Source of the DNA: Alphaproteobacteria bacterium
Lineage (GTDB): Bacteria; Pseudomonadota; Alphaproteobacteria; GCA-2731375
Reading direction: 5' to 3'
NCBI GenBank assembly: GCA_030752605.1
Contig: JASMDX010000064.1
Coordinates: 1-64,000 of the forward strand
DNA: 64,000 nucleotides
The notes beneath the pieces are model-generated. The model saw only the letters and a program-made list of their open reading frames with translations, was not told where the DNA came from and searched no databases. The position numbers and the translations under genes were made by a program. Of the stretch, positions 57,435-64,000 are shown in pieces. The stretch's first letter is position 1. Each line of letters begins with the position of its first letter.

Positions 57435-57916
57435 CGTGGCTTTAAGTAGTGCCGCTCATCGCCGGTCCAACCGACACCGGCGGGGACCGTATAATAGAAC
57501 TCGATGGTCATCTCGCTGAACAGCCATTTGCCATTCACCTTGGCATAGCGATCATCATAGCGGCCCGAAACCAGGTACGAGACGCCAAACCGGCCATAGC
57601 GCGCCTCCAGATACGAGGTACCGGCGCCCGCATCACCATTAATATTGATGATATGGCTGTGGATGAACTGTTTGATATAAAAGCGTTCCCGCTCCCCCAT
57701 GCTGCGAAAACCCGCATCAATCGCCGCGCGGCCTTCATAGCGGGCCAGATAACCCAGCTCCACCAACGCATCCTCGGTGCACAGATCGGCGATTTCACCG
57801 TAGCGGCCATCGTTGATGCAGCTGTGATAGCTGTCCCGCAAGATGCGGATTGCCTCTCTGTCCTCCAAAAGAGTGAGGCGCTCTTCCAGCGCAGCGATAC
57901 GTTCAGCATCGGTCAT
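57431..57916 (-). CDS. nuclear transport factor 2 (SnoaL-like) family protein
   Basis: The composition and size are NTF2-like. The start is taken at MTDAERIAALEERL. Confidence 0.5.
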   Translation of the reverse strand: MTDAERIAALEERLTLLEDREAIRILRDSYHSCINDGRYGEIADLCTEDALVELGYLARYEGRAAIDAGFRSMGERERFYIKQFIHSHIININGDAGAGTSYLEARYGRFGVSYLVSGRYDDRYAKVNGKWLFSEMTIEFYYTVPAGVGWTGDERHYLKPR

Positions 57917-58075
57917 TGCAATAGCTCCCATTGTCATACGCCGTCAGTGCGAGGCACCACTATTCTAGCAAACGGTCCGAGACCGGGTCTGGAAAAACCA
58001 TCGCGGCTTTGCTAGCCTCCCTTGGCAAGTAGTGTCGCCGGCGTTTGGTGAATTTTTCGGATTTTCGAGTCATTC

Positions 58076-60769
58076 ATGAACAAATCTTCCACGGTGGGAA
58101 CCGAGAAACTCACGCCCATGATGGAACAGTTCCTGTCGATCAAGGGGCAGTATGACGATTGTCTGCTGTTCTACCGTATGGGCGATTTTTATGAATTGTT
58201 CTTTGATGACGCGGCCGCCGCCGCCGCCGCGCTGGACATCACCCTGACCAAACGGGGCAAGCACCTAGGCGAGGATATCCCTATGTGCGGGGTGCCCGTG
58301 CATGCCGCCGACACCTATCTTTCGCGGCTGATCCGCAAGGGCTTCCGCGTCGCGGTATGCGAACAGATAGAAGATCCGGCGGATGCCAAGAAACGCGGCG
58401 GCAAATCCGTGGTCCAGCGTGCCGTGGTCCGCCTGGTCACGCCCGGCACTCTGACTGAGGATGCCCTGCTTGATGCCCGCTCCAACAATTATCTCGCCAC
58501 ACTAGCCAAGGTGCGCGGCGCCCATGCCCTGGCCTGGCTTGATCTATCCACCAGCGAATTCCTGACCTCGGAGATCGAGGAAGAAACCATCGGGGCGGAG
58601 CTGGCGCGGCTGGCGCCCGGCGAACTGGTGCTCTCGGATGGCATGCTGGCGGAGGTTTCCGAGGCTGAATGGCGCCATGATTGGTCCGAGCGGATCACCC
58701 CCTATGCCGCCGCACGGTTTGACTCTGGCTCCGGTGAGCGGCGCCTGGCCGCGCTGTATAAGGTTTCCGCCCTGGACGCCTTTGGCGACTTCAGCCGAGC
58801 CGAACTGGCCGCCTGCGGCGCCCTGGTGGAATATCTGGAGATGACCCAGGTCGGCCGCCTGCCGCGCCTGGCGCCGCCGCACCAGGTCTCGGGCCGGGAG
58901 ACCATGGCGATTGACCCCGCCACCCGGCGCAATCTGGAACTGACCCGCACCTTGTCGGGCGAGGTTCGTGGCAGCCTGCTGGCCACCATCGACCGCACGG
59001 TGACGGGTGCAGGCGCCCGGTTGCTGGCGCGGCATATCGCGGCGCCGCTGATGGCGCCCGAGGCGATCAACCGCCGCCTGGACATGGTGGACTATTTCAT
59101 CGCCGCCGAACGTCTACGCCAGGATCTGCGCGCCACCCTGCGGCAATCACCCGACATGGCGCGCGCCCTGGCGCGGCTGTGTCTGGAGCGCGGCGGCCCG
59201 CGCGATCTGGCCGCTATTCGTGACGGCCTCTCGGCGGCGCATGCACTGGGCGGCCTATTGGCCACGTCGGAACTGCCTTTGCCCCCTGATGGCATCGCGC
59301 AGGCAGCTCAGGATCTGGGCCGCCATGATGAGCTGGTGGACGAACTGGCCAGGGCCCTGGCGCTGGAACCGCCGATTTCAAACCGAGACGGCGGATTCAT
59401 TGCATCCGGTTACCGCCCCGATCTGGACGAACTGCGCCAGCTACGTGATGCCTCACGCAAGCTGATCGTCGGGTTGGAGGGCGATTACCGGAAACAGGCG
59501 GGCATCGACAATCTGAAGATCAAGCACAACCGGGTCCTGGGCTATTTCATCGAGGTCGCGGCGCGGCGCGCCGACGGCCTGATGACGGCGCCCCTGAATG
59601 AAACCTTCATGCATCGCCAGACCATGGCTAACGTGGTGCGTTTTTCTACGGTCGAACTGGGCGATCTGGAACGGCGCATCGCAGAAAGTGCTGACAAGGC
59701 TCTGGCGTTGGAGTTGCAACTGTTCACTGAGCTATCGGGCAAGGCGGAGGCGGAGGGCGAAGCCGTCAACCGCGCCGGCGAGGCCATGGCGGCCCTGGAC
59801 GTTGCCGCCGCCAATGGTGAGATGGCGGTCACCGGACGCTACAGCCGGCCCATGGTAGATGACGGTTCAGCCTTTGATATTCAGGGTGGCCGCCACCCGG
59901 TGGTCGAGGCCGCGTTGGCCGCGCGCAACGAAGGCGCCTTCATCTCCAATGATTGCAATCTGGGCGCCGCTTACAAAAGCGGCGCGCGTATCTGGCTGGT
60001 CACCGGCCCCAACATGGCGGGTAAGAGCACGTTCCTGCGCCAGAACGCCCTGATCGCCATTCTGGCTCAGATGGGCAGTTACGTGCCTGCCGCCTCGGCC
60101 CACATGGGCGCGGTAGACCGTTTGTTCAGCCGGGTTGGGGCGGCGGATGATCTGGCGCGGGGGCGCTCCACATTCATGGTCGAGATGGTCGAGGGCGCCG
60201 CGATCCTTAATCAGGCGACGCCTAAGTCGTTGGTTATTCTGGACGAGATCGGGCGCGGCACCGCGACCTACGATGGCCTGTCCATCGCCTGGGCGGCGGT
60301 GGAACATCTCCACGAAGTCAATCAATGTCGAGCCCTGTTCGCGACCCACTATCACGAGCTAACGGCACTGTCGGGCAAGCTTGACAGTCTTGCCAACGTC
60401 ACTATGCGGGTTAAGGAATGGCAGGGCGACGTGGTCTTTCTGCACGAGGTGGGATCTGGCGCCGCCGACCGCAGCTATGGCATCCAGGTCGCTAAACTAG
60501 CCGGCTTACCGCCTTCGGTCATCGGCCGGGCCGAGGTGGTGCTAGCGGGCCTTGAAGATGGCGAGGCTTTGGGGCGCGAGGGGGTAGCCCGCCTGGCCGA
60601 CGACCTTCCCTTGTTCGCCGCCATCAGGCCCACTTCGGGTGGCAGCGCCCATGGCGCGGAGCCATCGGCATTGGAAAAGACCCTAGCGGATATTCTTCCC
60701 GATAGCCTGAGCCCGCGTGAGGCTCTGGATTTGATCTATCAATTAAAGGCGGAAGCCGAGCAGAAGTAG
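58076..60769 (+). CDS. mutS: DNA mismatch repair protein MutS
   Basis: The start TPMMEQF, the Walker [21 protein letters not shown] and FATHYHEL are present. The product is 897 aa. Confidence 0.9.
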   Translation: MNKSSTVGTEKLTPMMEQFLSIKGQYDDCLLFYRMGDFYELFFDDAAAAAAALDITLTKRGKHLGEDIPMCGVPVHAADTYLSRLIRKGFRVAVCEQIEDPADAKKRGGKSVVQRAVVRLVTPGTLTEDALLDARSNNYLATLAKVRGAHALAWLDLSTSEFLTSEIEEETIGAELARLAPGELVLSDGMLAEVSEAEWRHDWSERITPYAAARFDSGSGERRLAALYKVSALDAFGDFSRAELAACGALVEYLEMTQVGRLPRLAPPHQVSGRETMAIDPATRRNLELTRTLSGEVRGSLLATIDRTVTGAGARLLARHIAAPLMAPEAINRRLDMVDYFIAAERLRQDLRATLRQSPDMARALARLCLERGGPRDLAAIRDGLSAAHALGGLLATSELPLPPDGIAQAAQDLGRHDELVDELARALALEPPISNRDGGFIASGYRPDLDELRQLRDASRKLIVGLEGDYRKQAGIDNLKIKHNRVLGYFIEVAARRADGLMTAPLNETFMHRQTMANVVRFSTVELGDLERRIAESADKALALELQLFTELSGKAEAEGEAVNRAGEAMAALDVAAANGEMAVTGRYSRPMVDDGSAFDIQGGRHPVVEAALAARNEGAFISNDCNLGAAYKSGARIWLVTGPNMAGKSTFLRQNALIAILAQMGSYVPAASAHMGAVDRLFSRVGAADDLARGRSTFMVEMVEGAAILNQATPKSLVILDEIGRGTATYDGLSIAWAAVEHLHEVNQCRALFATHYHELTALSGKLDSLANVTMRVKEWQGDVVFLHEVGSGAADRSYGIQVAKLAGLPPSVIGRAEVVLAGLEDGEALGREGVARLADDLPLFAAIRPTSGGSAHGAEPSALEKTLADILPDSLSPREALDLIYQLKAEAEQK

Positions 60770-60780
60770 GAGTGAAAAAA

Positions 60781-62277
60781 ATGGCACGTTACGATGTGGT
60801 TGTTGTCGGTGCCGGTAATGCCGCCCTTTCCGCCGCCATGGCGGCGCGGGAAAACGGTGCCAAGGTGCTGATCCTGGAAAAAGCGGCGGAAGAGGAAAAA
60901 GGCGGTAATTCCTACTTCACCGCCGGCGGCTTTCGCTTTTGCCATAGCGGCGTCGAGGATGCGGCCACGGATATTCTGACCGATTTATCCGATGCCGAGC
61001 GCGAGCAGATCATCCTGCCCGTACACGACCAAAACACATTCTATGATGCGCTGATGAAGGTAACCCACCACCAATCCGACGAGGACATGGCCTGGCGCCT
61101 GATCAACGGCTCCCGCCCGGCGATGGTCTGGTTGAAGAACCACAAGATCCGCTTCATCCCCATGTTCGGGCGGCAATCCTTCAAGTTGAACGGCAAGCAT
61201 CACTTTTACGGCGGCGTCAATATCGAGGCGGTGGGCGGCGGTGCCGGCCTGGTAGAGATGGAATTGGCGGAAGTGCTGCGCATGGGCTGCGAGATCCGTT
61301 ATTCATCCGGTGCTACACGGCTAATCCAGGACCAACAGCGCCGCATTACAGATATCGAGGTGCGCGGACCGAACGGCTATGAGGAAATCAAGACCAAGGC
61401 CGTGGTGCTGGCCTGCGGCGGCTTTGAATCCAACCCCGAAATGCGGGTGCGCTATCTGGGCCCCGGCTGGGATCTGTGCCGGGTGCGTGGGACCCGGCAC
61501 AACATGGGCGACGGCATCCGCATGGCCATGGAGATGGGCGCGCGGCCCTATGGCAATTGGTCAGGCTGTCATTCGGTAGGTTGGGATATTTCCGCACCCC
61601 CTTATGGCGATTACGAGGTGCTGGATAATTTCCAGAAGCATTCCTATCCCTGGGGCATCATGGTCAACCTGAACGGTGAGCGTTTCGTGGACGAAGGTGA
61701 AGACCTGCGCAATCTAACCTATGTGAAGTTTGGCCGAACCATCATGAGCCAGCCCTTCCGCACGGCTGTACAGATTTTCGATCAGAAAACCATTCCGGTG
61801 CTGCGCGATGAATACCGCATCAGACAAGTAACCAAATATACCGCCGACAGCATCGCCGAACTGGCGGCGCAGTTGGAGATCAACCCCCAAGCTCTGGAAG
61901 CCACGATCACGGAATTCAACGCCGCGTGTCGTCCAGGCGATTACAACCCATCGGTTCTGGATGGTGTCACGACCGAGGGTCTGACCATCAACAAGACCAA
62001 TTGGGCCCTACCCATCGACGAGCCGCCGTTCGAGGCCTTTGTGACCACAACGGGTATCTCCTTCACCTTCGGCGGCCTGCGCATTGACGAGGTGGGCGCG
62101 GTGCAGGATCTTTCCGACCGCTCCATTCCGGGACTGTTTGCGGCGGGCGAGCTGGTCGGCGGGTTGTTTTTCGAGAACTATCCCGGCGGCTCCGGCCTAA
62201 TGGCGGGTACTGTGTTCGGCAAACTGGCTGGTGAAGGCGCCGCCGATTATGTGAACGGTGGTGCGGCGGCAAGCTAA
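60781..62277 (+). CDS. FAD-dependent tricarballylate dehydrogenase TcuA-like oxidoreductase
   Basis: The motifs DVVVVGAGNAALSAA, GGFESN, RGTRHNMGDG, GERFVDEGED, NAACRPGD and FTFGGL parallel Salmonella TcuA. No tcuB follows. Confidence 0.7.
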   Translation: MARYDVVVVGAGNAALSAAMAARENGAKVLILEKAAEEEKGGNSYFTAGGFRFCHSGVEDAATDILTDLSDAEREQIILPVHDQNTFYDALMKVTHHQSDEDMAWRLINGSRPAMVWLKNHKIRFIPMFGRQSFKLNGKHHFYGGVNIEAVGGGAGLVEMELAEVLRMGCEIRYSSGATRLIQDQQRRITDIEVRGPNGYEEIKTKAVVLACGGFESNPEMRVRYLGPGWDLCRVRGTRHNMGDGIRMAMEMGARPYGNWSGCHSVGWDISAPPYGDYEVLDNFQKHSYPWGIMVNLNGERFVDEGEDLRNLTYVKFGRTIMSQPFRTAVQIFDQKTIPVLRDEYRIRQVTKYTADSIAELAAQLEINPQALEATITEFNAACRPGDYNPSVLDGVTTEGLTINKTNWALPIDEPPFEAFVTTTGISFTFGGLRIDEVGAVQDLSDRSIPGLFAAGELVGGLFFENYPGGSGLMAGTVFGKLAGEGAADYVNGGAAAS

Positions 62278-63153
62278 CTTAGCTTCTTTGTGCAGCCAGC
62301 TTTTGATGGACTGAAACAGCGGATCGGAGGCTTTCGAGGCCGGATAGACCAATTGGACCAGGCGGTGCGAGCGCCGTTTGATGTCAAACGGGCAGACCAA
62401 CTATCCACTGGCCAGTTCATCCTGGATCAAGGCTTCGATACCGATGGCAACGCCCAGTCCTTCGATGATCGCGTGCAAGGTAAGGTTAGTGCTTTCGAAC
62501 TTCAGTCCGCTATCAGCATCAACTTCTTTTTCGTTGGCGAAATCCAACCGGTGTTTCCAATCGGTCGATCGTGTGACCGCATGCAACAGGATTTGCCCTG
62601 CCAGGTCTTTGGATCCAAGAATCATTTCGGCCAAGGCCGGCGTGCAAACGGGAAAGGCATCGACATCCATGAATTTTTACACGATCTAACCATCCCGCAT
62701 GGCTCTATCGCCCTGGACCTGGATGGTAAGGTCGTAGTGGCCGCTGGTGAATTCAGCCACATTGAGTGATGTAGTAAGGCGAATATCGATATTGGGATAT
62801 AGGTCGTATAAAGCGCCCCAACGCGGGATCAGCCACCGTATCGCGAATGTCGGATAGGCACAGATGGATACGGTTGAGTTTTTCTCCAACTCACAAATGC
62901 GGCAGGAGGCATCGGCCAACTGTCCGAGCGGCCCCCTAATGTCTGCCAGATAGTCGCGGCCAAGGGCCGTTGGGCGCACTCGCTTGTGGCTGCGCTCAAA
63001 AAGTTTTTTGCCAAAAAACTCTTCCAAACTGCGAATTTTCTGGCTAATGGCACCGGGTGTGAGATTCAATTCGTTGGCTGCACCTTGGAAACTTGCCTGC
63101 CGCGCAGCCGCCTCAAACGCCTTGAGAGCCGATAATGATGGAATATGGCGCAT
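62197..63153 (-). pseudogene. LysR-family (GcvA-like) transcriptional regulator, disrupted by two frameshifts
   Basis: The HTH plus the first half sit in frame A (62686..63153, MRHIPSLSALKAFEAAAR...). The co-inducer domain continues in frame B (62401..62670, ...FPVCTPALAEM...) and frame C (below 62400, ...RLVQLVYPASK...SWLHKEAK). Together these would encode one LysR of about 300 aa. Confidence 0.5.
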
Positions 63154-63515
63154 TCGACCGCCTTGTCTTAAGTGATTATTCCTCACGCATACTGTGTAAA
63201 ATTATCGTTTGCCGATCAAGCAGACCGGAAGCATGCTGCGATATTGATGCCGCTATGCCGAGAAGGAACGCCGCAATGAATATCTTGAGCAATCACATGT
63301 TTGCCAACAACACGGAACTCGACGAATGGGCCGCTCCCGACTGCAACGGCAAGAACTTCTTTAACATCGACAACAGCCGCGTTATCGAGTAGCTCGGCCA
63401 GCAATACGCACTCCTGCGTCAGCGTGTGGAGGAGGTCATCAATGACATCCGCGCAGAGGATAGACGGCCGCCTCTTTCATCACCCCGCAATAGCAACCAA
63501 CAACGGAGAGATATC

Positions 63516-63890
63516 ATGAGCGAAAACGGCGACCGCATTATCGCGCTCGATAAGGAACGCATGCAGGCCATGGCAGACAAGGATATCGCCAAGCTGAACA
63601 GCATGTTGTGCAAGGACCTAATTTACACCCACTCAACGGCGCGTCTGGACACCAAGGAAAGTCTGATTGGCAACATGGAATCCGGTGCCACGGTATACAC
63701 CTCGGTCGAGCCATCGGAAGTGAAATCTCAGGATCTGGGCGATGCGGTCGTGTTAACCGGTGTGGCCCAGATCAACGTTGTCGCGAACGGCACGCCAAAC
63801 TCGTTCGGCGTTCGCTTTACCGATGTTTATCAGAACCAGGGCGGAACTTGGCGCATGGTGGCCTGGCAATCAACCAAGCTGCCGGACTAG
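63516..63890 (+). CDS. NTF2-like (DUF4440/SnoaL-like) protein
   Basis: The start at ATG 63516 is preceded by GGAGAG. The 124-aa product includes the segment LIYTHSTARLDTKESL and ends QNQGGTWRMVAWQS. Confidence 0.5.
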   Translation: MSENGDRIIALDKERMQAMADKDIAKLNSMLCKDLIYTHSTARLDTKESLIGNMESGATVYTSVEPSEVKSQDLGDAVVLTGVAQINVVANGTPNSFGVRFTDVYQNQGGTWRMVAWQSTKLPD

Positions 63891-64000
63891 CGCATGTCAC
63901 GGCTGAACCGCAGGCTCAGCCGGTGTAGTCGGCGTCACTGACTTTTTCGAACCATACGCTGCCACCGCCATCCTCGCCATTTTCCGATAGGGCCAGATGC

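Noticed and set aside
63276-63392. A 38-aa ORF (MNILSNHMFANNTELDEW...) with a GAAGGA RBS upstream of the NTF2-like gene
   Set aside because: It is too short and has no conservation evidence. It could be a leader peptide, but this is unsupported.
1-64000. tRNA genes, CRISPR arrays, IS elements and integrases
   Set aside because: No T-arm-like GGTTCGAATCC motifs were found. No regularly spaced short direct repeats occur outside the coding repeats in the flotillin gene. No transposase or recombinase-like ORFs are present.

Overview
This is a 64-kb chromosomal window, gene-dense, about 62% GC, and most likely from an alphaproteobacterium. The placement rests on gene content: rpmB, meaB, hldE, purE-purK-pyrD, maeB and mutS, with Rhodospirillales/Rhizobiales-like protein sequences. 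No tRNA, rRNA, CRISPR array, transposase or integrase could be recognised.

Intact housekeeping genes and a large catabolic complement dominate the window. The catabolic genes include creatinase, N-methylhydantoinase HyuA/HyuB, an N-carbamoylsarcosine-amidase-like cysteine hydrolase, dihydropyrimidinase, a PotABCD-type ABC transporter, several acyl-CoA ligases/dehydrogenases and FAD oxidoreductases, and a TcuA-like dehydrogenase.

The strongest single signal is a Bcp-type peroxiredoxin gene (9712..10155, minus strand). It is uninterrupted except for one in-frame TGA that sits exactly at the peroxidatic cysteine codon. A candidate stem-loop lies about 16 nt downstream, so this is a candidate selenocysteine peroxiredoxin.

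The second candidate for an undescribed system is a tightly packed minus-strand operon at about 39.7-47.9 kb of unusual composition. It runs upp, a YrdC/Sua5-like carbamoyltransferase, a membrane protein, an amidase, a DehI-family protein, a small membrane protein, a crotonase, a class-I glutamine amidotransferase, and a QueG/reductive-dehalogenase-superfamily 4Fe-4S protein.

Other notable features are two paralogous small membrane proteins that each sit directly upstream of a fatty-acid-CoA enzyme gene, and tandem APH-like kinases with a DUF6285 partner. A 938-aa flotillin carries expanded 29-aa coiled-coil repeats, and HyuB has a roughly 170-aa N-terminal extension. The density of decayed genes is strikingly high: a GT1 fragment, Udh with an internal deletion, a broken Gci-like enolase, a truncated UxaA large subunit, an alpha/beta-hydrolase with an internal TAG, a frameshifted LysR, and a SAM-domain stub.
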